Shown: positions 39,976 to 51,774, counted from the first letter of the stretch. The stretch: 64,000 nt of DNA from Desulfobulbaceae bacterium (GCA_031407875.1 JANOIV010000191.1:6419-70418), one strand, 5' to 3'. Notes: generated by a model from the sequence alone, not told the origin. Numbers and translations are program-made.

Positions 39976-40646
39976 GCCCGCTCTTTCAGGCGACCGCCAT
40001 CTCCAAAACCTTTCCGGTCGGCAGTGAACGGCTGACGGTCTTGACCGACATCAACCTGGTCATTGAAGCGGGAGAAATGACGGCCATCGTCGGGGCCTCG
40101 GGCTCGGGCAAGAGCACCCTTTTGAAGATCCTCGGTACCCTGGACAGCCCGACATCGGGGGAGATGTTCTTCCGGGGCAAGAGCCTGATCCAGAAGAGTG
40201 ATCGGGAACTGGCCAATTTCCGCAATCAATCCCTCGGTTTCATCTTCCAGTTCCATCACCTGATGCCGGAGTTCACAGCCCTCGAAAACGTCATGATGCC
40301 GGCCCTTATCGCCGGCCGGAACCGGAAAGAAATGGCAGAGCCGGCTCAGGAACTGCTGGCCCGGGTCGAACTCGACCACCGGGTCAGCCATCGGGTCTCC
40401 GAGCTCTCGGGCGGAGAACAGCAGCGCACGGCCCTGGCCCGGGCCCTGATCCTGGAACCGGCCCTGATCCTGGCCGATGAACCCACCGGCAACCTCGACA
40501 GCCGCGCCGGCAATCTGGTCTTTGACCTGCTGCACCTTCTTTGCCGGGAAAAATCTCTTGCCACTATCATGGTCACCCATAATATGGAGCTGGCGGGACG
40601 TATGGACCACTGCTGCACCTTAAAAGACGGCCTGCTCATTAAATAA
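39972..40646 (+). CDS. lolD: lipoprotein-releasing ABC transporter ATPase
   Basis: GASGSGKST, GFIFQFHHL, LSGGEQQR, ADEPTGNLD. Confidence 0.92.
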   Translation: MSPLFQATAISKTFPVGSERLTVLTDINLVIEAGEMTAIVGASGSGKSTLLKILGTLDSPTSGEMFFRGKSLIQKSDRELANFRNQSLGFIFQFHHLMPEFTALENVMMPALIAGRNRKEMAEPAQELLARVELDHRVSHRVSELSGGEQQRTALARALILEPALILADEPTGNLDSRAGNLVFDLLHLLCREKSLATIMVTHNMELAGRMDHCCTLKDGLLIK

Positions 40647-40685
40647 TTGTAGCACATACCAGGACCACCAAGAAAGACAGACCCC

Positions 40686-41636
40686 ATGCATACCCACTCA
40701 CTCGCACACTGGCAGCATGGCCACGAATTCACCGTCATCCATGAGCAGGGCGAACGGCGGACCAAACAGGTCCTCGCTCTCACTGCCGTCACCATGGTGG
40801 TTGAGGTCATGGCCGGCACCGTCTTCGGTTCGATGGCCCTGCTGGCCGACGGTTGGCACATGGGCACTCATGTCGCCGCCTTTCTGATTACCATCTTCGC
40901 CTATCGCTACGCGGTGAAGCATGCCAAAAATTCGGCCTTCGCCTTTGGTACCGGCAAGGTCAGCGTTCTGGGCGGATTCGCCAGCGCCATCGCCCTGGCG
41001 GTTATCGCCTTCGTCATGCTGGCCGAGTCGGTGCATCGCATCGTGGCGCCGCAACCGATTCATTTCAACGAGGCCATATGCGTGGCCGTCCTCGGTCTCA
41101 TCATCAACGTGATCTGTGCCTTTATCCTCCAGGATCATCATGGCCGCGAGGGCCATCACGATGGGCACGATCACCATCATGAACATCACGATCACAACCT
41201 GAAGGCCGCCTATCTCCATGTCCTGGCTGATGCCCTGACGTCGGTGCTGGCCATTACGGCCCTGGTGTTCGGCAAATACCTGGGTTGGAACTGGCTCGAT
41301 CCGATCATGGGCATCGTCGGGGCCCTGGTCATAACCCGTTGGTCCCTCTCCCTTTTGAGAGAGACCAGCCCCATACTCCTTGATGGCAGTATCGGGGGTG
41401 ACTATCTCGCAAGCGTCGTCACAACCATTGAGGGTAACCGGGATAACCGGGTTTCCGATATCCATGTCTGGAAGGTCGGTCCGGCCGACTACGCAGCGAT
41501 CATCTCGATTGTCACCCACCAGCCGGAAAACAACGAATACTACAGGGAACTTCTGCGCGACTTCAAAGAGCTATCCCATCTGACCATCGAGGTGCATCTC
41601 TGCGCCGATGAGCCTTGCTTGCCTGTGCAGCAGTGA
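40686..41636 (+). CDS. dmeF: CDF family Co/Ni efflux transporter
   Basis: SMALLADGWHMGTH, His-rich loop, NLKAAYLHVLADALTS. Confidence 0.92.
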   Translation: MHTHSLAHWQHGHEFTVIHEQGERRTKQVLALTAVTMVVEVMAGTVFGSMALLADGWHMGTHVAAFLITIFAYRYAVKHAKNSAFAFGTGKVSVLGGFASAIALAVIAFVMLAESVHRIVAPQPIHFNEAICVAVLGLIINVICAFILQDHHGREGHHDGHDHHHEHHDHNLKAAYLHVLADALTSVLAITALVFGKYLGWNWLDPIMGIVGALVITRWSLSLLRETSPILLDGSIGGDYLASVVTTIEGNRDNRVSDIHVWKVGPADYAAIISIVTHQPENNEYYRELLRDFKELSHLTIEVHLCADEPCLPVQQ

Positions 41637-41747
41637 TCGGCTGCCCCATTGAAGCCGAACTGTCAGGCGACGTGAGCCTCAATCAATCTGACAGCCATCC
41701 AAACACCACAATATCCTCATGATCGATCTTATGCGGACAGGCAAAGA

Positions 41748-42950
41748 CTATAGATGAACGAACTCTGAAATCTCCGATCTCTCCCGGTAGTCCAGGCTGA
41801 TCCGCCACATTTCCTCGTTTATATCCTTGAAGGCATCGGCGATGACCGGGTCAAACCAGGATCCCCTGCCTTTCATCAGGATCGCCCGCGACTGCTCATG
41901 GGAATAGGCCGCCTTGTAGCAGCGTTTGCTGATCAGGGCGTCATAGACATCGGCCACGGCCAGAATCCTGCCGGCAAGAGGAATCTCCTCGGCACTGAGT
42001 CCTTTTGGATAGCCGCTGCCGTCCCATCTCTCATGGTGTGTCGCCACAATCTGCCGGGCCAGTTCAAGGAATTTGCCCTCTGCCTCCTTGCGGGCGGCGC
42101 CGAGAAGAACGGCCTCTCCGTATTCGACGTGCCTCTTTATCTCTTCATACTCACCTTCCGTCAATCGGCCGGGTTTCAGAAGGATTTCATCTCTGATGCC
42201 CGCCTTGCCGATATCATGGAGCGGGGTCAGATGGACAAGGAGTTGCCGGTATTCCGGGGTGAGGGTTTCGGTATAGAGCCCCGAGTGCACTAATCGTTCA
42301 GCGAGGATTCTGACGTACTGCTGCATCCTGGTGATATGGCCTCCGGCAGCAGGATCCCGCGTCTCCACGACACAGGCCAGGGATTCGAGCATTTTCTGCT
42401 GAAACCCGTCCCGTCTTTTCTGCCGGAGCATCCGATCCCGGATACCTTTGGCACGGGTAAGGAGAAAAAAGAACAGGAAAAGCAGTACCGCTGCAATGAG
42501 AGGTCGGGCAGGTGAAACAAGGGTGCCTTCCAGAAAGAGCAGGAGAATACTGGCCGTCAGCATGCCGCCGATCCAAGTCAGTGTGCCGGCGAGAACGAGC
42601 GAAGGACGGAAGGTGAAGAGGGCCGACAGGCTCAACCAGACAAGAACACAGAGAAACAGGGAAAATGATCCTGCCCAGCTCGGTGTTTTAAGAGAAGAAT
42701 ATCCTGTTCCTGCCTCGGCGGGTCCGCCGGAAATGGCGGTATCGGACATGACACTTCCCCTTCTCTGATACAGATCATGGCCAACAGAATATTTCTGAAA
42801 ACCGGCCGTCAGAAAGGTATCAACACTCTTCTGCAAAAGCCCATCCTGTCGACCTAATAGTCCAATGGCGGCGACGAGCAGAAGGCCGGACAGCAGCGGA
42901 ATAAGAACGGAATTTTTACAGGCAACCTGTTTTGCGGCACGAGACAACAC
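41748..42950 (-). CDS. membrane-anchored HD-GYP phosphodiesterase
   Basis: LHDIGK, HHERWDGSGYP, VADVYDAL. Confidence 0.9.
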   Translation of the reverse strand: MLSRAAKQVACKNSVLIPLLSGLLLVAAIGLLGRQDGLLQKSVDTFLTAGFQKYSVGHDLYQRRGSVMSDTAISGGPAEAGTGYSSLKTPSWAGSFSLFLCVLVWLSLSALFTFRPSLVLAGTLTWIGGMLTASILLLFLEGTLVSPARPLIAAVLLFLFFFLLTRAKGIRDRMLRQKRRDGFQQKMLESLACVVETRDPAAGGHITRMQQYVRILAERLVHSGLYTETLTPEYRQLLVHLTPLHDIGKAGIRDEILLKPGRLTEGEYEEIKRHVEYGEAVLLGAARKEAEGKFLELARQIVATHHERWDGSGYPKGLSAEEIPLAGRILAVADVYDALISKRCYKAAYSHEQSRAILMKGRGSWFDPVIADAFKDINEEMWRISLDYRERSEISEFVHL

Positions 42951-43274
42951 AGCATTTTCCCCAATCAGAAGATCATTTCTTATTTTCTTTATGACAACGA
43001 CGCAGCGTTCCGCCTCGTATCACGTTCTCGAGAGAGGTCCCGGTCCACCACCAGGGACTGGAAGGTCAGAGTGGCCACATAATACCCATCGCGACCGACC
43101 TTGCAAGCAGAATACCGCCCTCGATGACAGCGAGCTCGGCAAATACTGTGCTCTATCCACCTCTCCTGCCTCGCCTCCCCTCTTTGACAGCCTTTGATCC
43201 GTCCTTATTATAATCCCAGGGGCAGCCGCAACTCGCGGGTGCTGATCCCTTTTATTAATGTGTATGGAGGATAT

Positions 43275-44180
43275 ATGAACGATAATGCCCATGCCATGGT
43301 GCTCGCCTCATTTGCTGCCGATTCACTCGCCCTTGGCGCCCATTGGATATACGATACGGAACAAATAGTCAACGAAATCGGACGGGTAGATCGCCTGTTG
43401 GCGCCTCCCGAAAAATCCTATCACCTGACCAAGAAACGGGGTTATTTCAGCCACTACGGTGATCAGGCCCTCCTTCTGCTCCAGTCTGTCTCAGACAAAG
43501 GTCGTTTCGATCTGGAAGATTTCGCCACACGCTGGCGACAGTTCAGTTTGACTTCAACCGGCTACCTCGATCATGCCAGCAAGGATACCCTGGCCCATTT
43601 CTCCGAAGGCAAAACAGCAGAGCAGAGCGGCTCGGCCTCCACGGATCTCGGGGGACCGACCCGAATTGCCCCCCTGGTCTACCGCTACCGGGATGATCTG
43701 GACAGTCTGCTTGCAACTGTGCGCCAGCAGACTGTCATGACCCATACCGGCCCCGGTGTTGCAGGCGGGGCTGAATTTCTGGCAAGGACCGCCTATAGCA
43801 TTCTGCATGGTGCCTCGATCAGGGAAGCTCTGACTCTCTCCCTGGAGCAGGGCGTTGCCGGTATCGACCTCGATCTCAGACTGCGTAAGGCCATGGACAC
43901 CGCCGACCGGGATACCGGCCAGACTATCAAGGAATTCGGCCAGATGTGCGCCGTCAATGCCGCCCTGCCGGGAGTCGTCCATCTGGTTCTGCGCTACGCT
44001 GACAACCTCAGGGAGGGACTCATCGAAAATGTCATGGCCGGCGGCGATTCAGCGGCCAGGGGACTGGCGGCGGGAATGCTGCTGGGAGCGGCCTGCGGCC
44101 GGGAGGCCATTCCGGATGAGTGGCTTGAGGGTATGGCAGCCTTTGCCAGGATCAGACAATTGCTGGAAGGTATCTCCTGA
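43275..44180 (+). CDS. ADP-ribosylglycohydrolase family protein
   Basis: ADSLALGAHWIY, HYGDQ, NVMAGGDSAARG; GGAGG RBS. Confidence 0.9.
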   Translation: MNDNAHAMVLASFAADSLALGAHWIYDTEQIVNEIGRVDRLLAPPEKSYHLTKKRGYFSHYGDQALLLLQSVSDKGRFDLEDFATRWRQFSLTSTGYLDHASKDTLAHFSEGKTAEQSGSASTDLGGPTRIAPLVYRYRDDLDSLLATVRQQTVMTHTGPGVAGGAEFLARTAYSILHGASIREALTLSLEQGVAGIDLDLRLRKAMDTADRDTGQTIKEFGQMCAVNAALPGVVHLVLRYADNLREGLIENVMAGGDSAARGLAAGMLLGAACGREAIPDEWLEGMAAFARIRQLLEGIS

Positions 44181-44605
44181 ACACCGAGGTATGAGGGTCG
44201 AAGGGAACAGGCAATCGGCAAGTACATTTCATCAGCTCTGATTACTTTTTTGAAACTGGCGAGTGTTTTACGAAATCCGTAGGCAATTGCCAACCTGAAA
44301 CCTTTTCCCATTGACGGGGGAAAAGGTTTATACAAGGCGTATCCGCTAAAAAACTGCCAGGGATTTCTTGTCATTCCCATGCAGGCGGAAATCCGGAAAT
44401 ATCTCGGAGGTTGCCGCAAATCGGTCTGTCAGGTTTGAGAGAATAAGGCATATGTCCACGAACAAGAGGCTTACGGTAACAAGCGTTCGATGATCGTGGT
44501 ATAGAGTTTGCACATGAAAAAGTGTCCGTCATGGATACAGACCACTCAGCCCCCCACCGGGTTGGACCAGCGAAGTTTGCCGGTTCTTCCCGGTTTTTTT
44601 ATTAA

Positions 44606-44710
44606 GAGCCTGTCCGTAAATAGGCGCTTAGGGATCGCGCCGGATTGAGAAACGGCCAAAGGCGGTCAAAAGCCGGATGCGAGCACAAAAGTATTATTAT
44701 GGACACGCTC
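44606..44710. mobile_element. IS5-like MITE (105 bp) with TAA duplication
   Basis: TIRs GAGCCTGTCCGTAA / TTATGGACACGCTC (12/14 complementary), flanked by TAA on both sides. Confidence 0.7.
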
Positions 44711-47358
44711 TAAAGCATCGAGAGAAAGAGAACGGTGAGGGTGATCAGGAAGCCGTAGGGCAGCACGAGCATCCTCGACACAAAGTGCTCGCCGTCCAGC
44801 AGGCGGTCGAAAATCCGGTAGGTGGCATACATTGAGGCCAAGAGTCCGCCCAGTATTGTCAGAGTCTGCAGCACCAGGGTACTGTCCCGGCTGATGAGCC
44901 TGATATTCTCATATACACTCTGAAAACCGAGTGCTTCCTTGATGATCAGGACCAGTCGCCAGCTGTCGCTGACAAAAAACTCCAGATGTACCGCCATGTA
45001 TCCGCCGAGGATGAGCGGGATAAAGCCGTAGCCAAGCAGGGCCAAGAGGGTCTTTCTGTCAATTTTCAGATACCTGGCCTGGGCTCGCACCATCAGATAG
45101 TAGACGACCTGTAAGACCAGAATTGCCAGAAAAAAACCCAGGCTGCCGATGACAACATTTGGCAGCGGCAGGCCTCTGTGTTCCAGCATGTCCCGAAGCA
45201 ATGCAACTACGCCCGAATACTTCTGATGCAGGGCAAAGGGAAAGAAGATTGCGCCCAGCGAGATGATGAGAAAGCTGTCCTCCCACCTCGGCGTCTGGAT
45301 TGACCAGAGTTCCTGGGGAGCGAGACGCAGGTTGAGATGAATGGAACGGTTGGTACAGCTCTTGATGCAGGCCGCGCAAAAAATACAATCACGGTTATTG
45401 TCAACCAGATAGGGATGCCTGAACATCGGGCAGCCGACATTTTCCTCGCCACCGTCAAAGCAGGCGTGATTCTGACAGCGGTTCAGACAGACATGCCGAT
45501 TGGCCCGCAGCTCAACAATGGACGGCATGGCGAAGATGGCGTTGATCGCCCCCAGCGGACAAAGATAGCGACACCAGGCCCGTCGAGAATAGATGATACT
45601 GGTTAGCAGCGAACCAGAGGTGATGGTCAGGATGATCCAGCCGGTGAGGAAGGGGTTTTCATAGGCATTCCAGACGATCTCAACCCAGAGCACCAGGATG
45701 CAGAGCGTCGCCATAATCCAGCCTGAGGCGTTCTTGATCGCCTGCGGCAGCTTTCTCTGGGGTTTGACCAGATGCTGCATGAGCATGCCCGGCATGGCAA
45801 GCGTACAGACACTGCACCAGGTCCTGGCCAGGAAGAAGAAGGAAAAAAACATCAGGGGCCAGCCGATGGACCAGCTCAGCGTAATGCCGATATTTTTCCC
45901 GGCCTCGTCAGGCCCGAAAAACAGGGCGACGACCGCCACGATGAGTATCGCCCCGATAATGATCTGCGGTACCCGGGGGAAGGTCGCGCTCTTGAGCAAT
46001 TTCTGAACCCAGGGAATACGCAGGACATTGAACTCCCACTTGCCTTCGGTCTTGGGCAGTCCAAGGAGGATCTGATCGGAGAGGATCTCATTTCGCCGGG
46101 CCAGCATAACCGCCCGCCTGACAACGCTCGACAGTTCGGTGAGATTACCGGGCCAGTCATAGTTCATGAGAAGTCCCAGGGTTTCTGGAGAAACCTGCCT
46201 GATATTCTTGCCGAATTCTTTACTGAAGCGTTCGAGATAATGTTCGATCAGACGCGGCAGATCCCGTTTATGCTCCCGAAGGGCGGGCACCCGGAAATGC
46301 TGTTTCTTGAATATTTCCAGGAGCTCAGGGATAATCTTACCGGTGGATTCCAAATAGTCGAGTTCATGCGTGCAGAGAAAGACGATCCTCGCCTGTAAGG
46401 CAATCTGCCGATCGCTGTCGATATGGGTGAAGGTACTGCTCTCAATGATCCTGAGCAGTTTTTGCTGGAGATCGGGTGGCATGAGCTGGATGTGGCCGAA
46501 AACAAGGGTGCCGCCGCGGGACTGCTCAAAAATTCCGGCCTGCCGTGACTGGGCAAAGGGCAGGGCATTCTGTTCCACACCGACCAGCTTCCTGTAGAGA
46601 TCAATGGGATCATGCTCCCGGAGATCGATCTCCATATAGGGTCCGTCACCTCTGCCGCTCTGCAGATGGATCTGGCGGGCGATGATGACCTTGCCGGTCC
46701 CTGTCTCGCCGGTCAGCATGTACGGTTCATTGTTGGCAGCGAACCTGTTGATGATGATATGGGTCTTTCTGGCCGGCTGTGACTCACAGATAGTCTCCGA
46801 CTGGTTGTGCGTTAAGCTCTTCAGCCTGACCCGACTGGGACTTTTTTCCTTAAACAGGATGATATCCTCAACCCCGCCCGAGGCTTCTGTTGTCGACCTC
46901 TGGCTGCAGGCGGTATCCGCCTGATCGAGAAAGGCGACATGCAGCCGCTCGGCAAGGGCCGAATCGAGCTGCCGATGGATACGGCTATTGGCCAGGAGCA
47001 AGGTGCGAAACACCCGTTTGTCAAAACAGATCAGAACCAGATCACAGAGGGCCCTGACACTCACGGAGCGTGGTTTGCCCGTGAGGAGGCCGGTTTCGCC
47101 GAAATGCCCACCGGGGCCGATTCGGCCGACGATGCTGGTCCCGCCGTTTTTCCGCTCGAGGACCATCTCGGCATCACCCATGGCTATGACATATAAGACC
47201 TCGCTCTCATCACCCTGCCGGTAGACAAAATTCCCCTCCGGGACTATCTGCACCCGACAGATCTCACTGAAGGTCGAAAGCTCAGAGGCGCTGATATCCT
47301 GAAAGAGGATTGACCGCTGCAGATTCTGTTCTATGAGTTCTTTTTTCATTTTGGCCAA
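44710..47358 (-). CDS. cNMP-binding + degenerate sigma54-type AAA+ + 4Fe-4S membrane protein
   Basis: FGETGLL..PRS cNMP motif, GETGTGK, WPGNLTEL, WCSVC, WCRYLCP, CIFCAACIKSC, many TM helices. Confidence 0.88.
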   Translation of the reverse strand: MAKMKKELIEQNLQRSILFQDISASELSTFSEICRVQIVPEGNFVYRQGDESEVLYVIAMGDAEMVLERKNGGTSIVGRIGPGGHFGETGLLTGKPRSVSVRALCDLVLICFDKRVFRTLLLANSRIHRQLDSALAERLHVAFLDQADTACSQRSTTEASGGVEDIILFKEKSPSRVRLKSLTHNQSETICESQPARKTHIIINRFAANNEPYMLTGETGTGKVIIARQIHLQSGRGDGPYMEIDLREHDPIDLYRKLVGVEQNALPFAQSRQAGIFEQSRGGTLVFGHIQLMPPDLQQKLLRIIESSTFTHIDSDRQIALQARIVFLCTHELDYLESTGKIIPELLEIFKKQHFRVPALREHKRDLPRLIEHYLERFSKEFGKNIRQVSPETLGLLMNYDWPGNLTELSSVVRRAVMLARRNEILSDQILLGLPKTEGKWEFNVLRIPWVQKLLKSATFPRVPQIIIGAILIVAVVALFFGPDEAGKNIGITLSWSIGWPLMFFSFFFLARTWCSVCTLAMPGMLMQHLVKPQRKLPQAIKNASGWIMATLCILVLWVEIVWNAYENPFLTGWIILTITSGSLLTSIIYSRRAWCRYLCPLGAINAIFAMPSIVELRANRHVCLNRCQNHACFDGGEENVGCPMFRHPYLVDNNRDCIFCAACIKSCTNRSIHLNLRLAPQELWSIQTPRWEDSFLIISLGAIFFPFALHQKYSGVVALLRDMLEHRGLPLPNVVIGSLGFFLAILVLQVVYYLMVRAQARYLKIDRKTLLALLGYGFIPLILGGYMAVHLEFFVSDSWRLVLIIKEALGFQSVYENIRLISRDSTLVLQTLTILGGLLASMYATYRIFDRLLDGEHFVSRMLVLPYGFLITLTVLFLSML

Positions 47359-47373
47359 TTGCCGGATTGACTT

Positions 47374-47497
47374 ATTCAGTTTCTAAATCAAAATGAGAAC
47401 GCGAAGGCAAGCGAGCAGCGACGAGACAGTGCAGGTAGCACGGCGAGGAGCCGCACAGCGTAGCCGACAAAGTTAACGTTTGATTTAGAATTGGAAT
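47374..47497. mobile_element. MITE-like element
   Basis: 12-bp perfect IR TTCTAAATCAAA (47381) / TTTGATTTAGAA (47479) around a GC-rich interior. Confidence 0.6.
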
Positions 47498-47498
47498 T

Positions 47499-47532
47499 AG
47501 TTCACTATAATCTTCAGTTCACTATAATCTTC
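47499..47532. repeat. 17-bp tandem duplication
   Basis: AGTTCACTATAATCTTC x2. Confidence 0.85.
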
Positions 47533-47602
47533 TCTCCTCAGAATGGAAACAGCGGTACCCAAGAAGAGGGAGCAGCCTTTTTCTGCCATACTCTCTCAAC
47601 GA

Positions 47603-48520
47603 TCAGAGTTGCAGATGATTCTCGAGGATCTCAGCAAGGAGAGGCGCAACCGAATAAACCTCAAGGAGATCATCGCTCTGCCGGTCCGGGTAGGTATCGG
47701 AACCGATGACCCTCGATATGGGGCTTTTCTTGAAGCGCTCACGGGAGTCCCCCGCCAGCACCAGATGGGTGGCCATGACCACCACATCGACGGCCCCGGC
47801 ATCGAGACAGCGCTGGGCGGTCTGGATAATCGAGCCGCCGGTTCTGATCATATCGTCGCAGACAATGGCCGTCCGTCCCTGCACCACGCTTGAGATCTGG
47901 CCGACGATGGTCTTGTCGGTATCGTAACGGTCCTTGTCGGCGGCGGTGTGCGGGCAGTCGAGCATACTGGCCAAGCGGGCCACTCTTTTGGAAAAACCGT
48001 AATCCGGCGAGACCAGGACATAATCAGTCAGACCCGTGGCCTGGATCTTTTCCACGGCCAGACTGTCGGTCCAGACATGCATAGTGCTGATTTCACCGGC
48101 ATGGGCGTGGAGAACCGCCTCGGAATGGAGATCGACAAAGGCGACAAAGTCCGGCCTGGCCCGGAAGATCTGTCTGGTCCGGGTAATGCCTTTGGGGATC
48201 TCATGGGAGTAAGGCTTGGCCCTCTCCATAGTTGAATAGCCCAGATAAGGGATTATGACATTAATCGAGGCGGCGTTCCAGTATCGGCCGCCCTGGATGA
48301 GATCGAGGAGCTCCTGGTAGGATTGTTCAGTATGCGTGGCGCCGATAATGATCAGATTTTTGCCGGAGATCGAGCGGGGAAAGGCATGATAGCACTCGCC
48401 GTCGGCAAATTTCCGCCGCAGCATGTCAGAAAACGGGATATCCAGCCGATCAGCCACCTTGCGGGCAAGTCCGGTCGAGGCCTCATTGGCCACCAGTATG
48501 AGATCTTCCTTTGCTGACAT
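47603..48520 (-). CDS. prs: ribose-phosphate pyrophosphokinase (divergent)
   Basis: FADGE, IPYLGYS, VDLH, VSPD.G, DDMIRTGGS. Confidence 0.88.
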   Translation of the reverse strand: MSAKEDLILVANEASTGLARKVADRLDIPFSDMLRRKFADGECYHAFPRSISGKNLIIIGATHTEQSYQELLDLIQGGRYWNAASINVIIPYLGYSTMERAKPYSHEIPKGITRTRQIFRARPDFVAFVDLHSEAVLHAHAGEISTMHVWTDSLAVEKIQATGLTDYVLVSPDYGFSKRVARLASMLDCPHTAADKDRYDTDKTIVGQISSVVQGRTAIVCDDMIRTGGSIIQTAQRCLDAGAVDVVVMATHLVLAGDSRERFKKSPISRVIGSDTYPDRQSDDLLEVYSVAPLLAEILENHLQL

Positions 48521-48587
48521 ACGATCACCCCACTTTATCGATCAGGCCCGGAGGGCGGCGGAGCCCTGCCGTCCCTCTGCTGTAACC

Positions 48588-49709
<1,122 letters not shown>

Positions 49710-49776
49710 CTAATTCACAAACGAGAAACATTACCGAGAGCTCCTCTTTAACAGATACCGGCCGGTTTGACCAGTG

Positions 49777-50451
49777 CTATGCATTTCCGGCCCCGGCGAA
49801 GACCAGCAGCGCCCGCATGACGCCGGTGAAGGGCAGCCTCTTTTCGACAACCTCTTCGAGGACAAAGGGCAGAATCCCGAAGCCCCCCGAGGCGGCGTCC
49901 AGTTCCTCTCGCCATTTCGGCCCTTTCATGCAGATCATCTTCAGTCCTGGTCGGGAAAAACGCTCGGTCATGGCGAGAAAGCCGGCAATATCGCTGACCG
50001 CCCTGCTGGTGATGTGGGTAAAGGGCGTATCCGAGGGCAGAAGGCCCTCATCTTCGATGCGGCCGGCCACGATGTGCACATCTTTAAGGCCCAGAGTTCG
50101 GACGATATGGCGCAGAAACGACACCCTTTTCTGCCGCGGCTCAACGAGGGTCAGGCGAAGCGCAGGGCCTGCGGCCTTACAGACCAGTCCCGGGAAGCCG
50201 GCGCCGGTGCCGATATCGAGTAGGTGCGCTCCCTCTGGCAGCAGAGGCAGCAGGGTCAGTGAGTCGAGGAAGTGGTTCTCAAGAATCTGCTCGTCCGAGG
50301 TGTCTTTGGCGATCAGGTTCATCTTGCTGTTCCAGCGCTTCAGCTCGGCATAATAGCGGAACAGGTCCGATATTCCCTCTTCGCTCACGACAATACCAAG
50401 GCCCGAGAGTCCCCTCACAAGTCCCTCCTGAAATGTTTCTGTCCCGCTCAC
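49777..50451 (-). CDS. rsmG: 16S rRNA m7G527 methyltransferase
   Basis: WNSKMNL, HFLDSL, DIGTGAGFPG, SRAV. Confidence 0.95.
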   Translation of the reverse strand: MSGTETFQEGLVRGLSGLGIVVSEEGISDLFRYYAELKRWNSKMNLIAKDTSDEQILENHFLDSLTLLPLLPEGAHLLDIGTGAGFPGLVCKAAGPALRLTLVEPRQKRVSFLRHIVRTLGLKDVHIVAGRIEDEGLLPSDTPFTHITSRAVSDIAGFLAMTERFSRPGLKMICMKGPKWREELDAASGGFGILPFVLEEVVEKRLPFTGVMRALLVFAGAGNA

Positions 50452-50460
50452 CCGCGCCTC

Positions 50461-51774
50461 CTACTCCTTTCTCTCCAGACGAACCTCTACCGAGGCGGCA
50501 TGGGCCGTCAGACCTTCGAGGCGGGCCAGCATCTGGATATGTTCCGCATCATTTTTCAGAGCAGTTTCAGAGTAGCTGATGATCGAACTCTTCTTCAGAA
50601 AGGTCTCCACCCCCAGGGCCGAAGCGAAACGGGCCGTGCCCATGGTCGGCAATACGTGGTTCGGTCCGGCAAAGTAATCACCCGCCGCCTCCGGAGTGTA
50701 ATCCCCGAGAAAGATGGCCCCGGCATGCCGGATAAAAGGAACCTTCGACCAGGGGTCGGCTATCATCAGCTCAAGGTGCTCGATGGCGATGTCGTTGGCC
50801 AATTTGATCGCCTCTTCGAGATCCCCGGCGATCAGAATAATCCCTCTGCCCGTCAGGGATCTGCGGGCGATCTCCTGGCGGGACAGCAGGGCCAGCTGTC
50901 GTTCAAGTTCGGCCGGGATCTGCCGGGCCAGCTCTGCATCGGTTGTCACCAGGATGGCCAGGGCCTGTGGATCATGCTCCGCCTGAGCCAGCATGTCGGC
51001 GGCGATATTGGTCGCTCTGGCGCGACCGTCGGCGATGATCAGGACCTCGGAGGGGCCGGCGATCATATCGATACGGACCAGGCCGGACACCTGGCGTTTG
51101 GCCTCGGCGACAAACTGATTGCCCGGGCCGACAATGACATCGACCCTGGGAATGGTCTCGGTGCCGTAGGTCAGAGCGGCGATGGCCCAGGCCGAGCCCG
51201 CCTTATAGATCTCGGTGATGCCGATCTCCTGAGCGGCCACAAGGAGATGGGGGCTCACCTCGCCCCGGCCATCCGGAGGGGTCACCATGACACGCTGAAC
51301 GACGCCGGCGATCCCCGCCGGGATACCGTTCATCAAGACCGAAGAGACTAAAGGGGTGGAGCCGCCCTGCCCCCCCGGCACATACAGTCCGGCGGAATCG
51401 ACAGGCCGAACCAGGCGGCCGACAATGGTCCCGTCTTCTCGTGTCTGCAGCCAGCTGTCCTCCATCTCCCGTTCATGAAAGCCCTGGATACGCTCGATTG
51501 CCTTGCTCAGTGTCGCGAGAAAGGCCTCGTCCACCTTGTCATAGGCCGCGAGCATCTCCACCGCCGAGACCTGGAGCTGATTGATTGTCATCTCCGGGGC
51601 ATCAAAACGGCGGCAGTATTCGAGGACGGCCTCATCCTTTTCTTCTCTGACCCGCCTGAGAATCTCTTCAACCGAGTGCCGGCAGGAGTCATCCGCCGCC
51701 TGAAAGCGCTGCAGCAAACCGGCAATCTGCAGTCGGCCTTCCGGACTTGCGGTGGTGACTGGCGTAATAGGCAT
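50461..51774 (-). CDS. hisD: histidinol dehydrogenase
   Basis: GLYVPGG, IVGPGN, DMIAGPSE, AQAEHD, GPNHVLPT. Confidence 0.97.
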   Translation of the reverse strand: MPITPVTTASPEGRLQIAGLLQRFQAADDSCRHSVEEILRRVREEKDEAVLEYCRRFDAPEMTINQLQVSAVEMLAAYDKVDEAFLATLSKAIERIQGFHEREMEDSWLQTREDGTIVGRLVRPVDSAGLYVPGGQGGSTPLVSSVLMNGIPAGIAGVVQRVMVTPPDGRGEVSPHLLVAAQEIGITEIYKAGSAWAIAALTYGTETIPRVDVIVGPGNQFVAEAKRQVSGLVRIDMIAGPSEVLIIADGRARATNIAADMLAQAEHDPQALAILVTTDAELARQIPAELERQLALLSRQEIARRSLTGRGIILIAGDLEEAIKLANDIAIEHLELMIADPWSKVPFIRHAGAIFLGDYTPEAAGDYFAGPNHVLPTMGTARFASALGVETFLKKSSIISYSETALKNDAEHIQMLARLEGLTAHAASVEVRLERKE

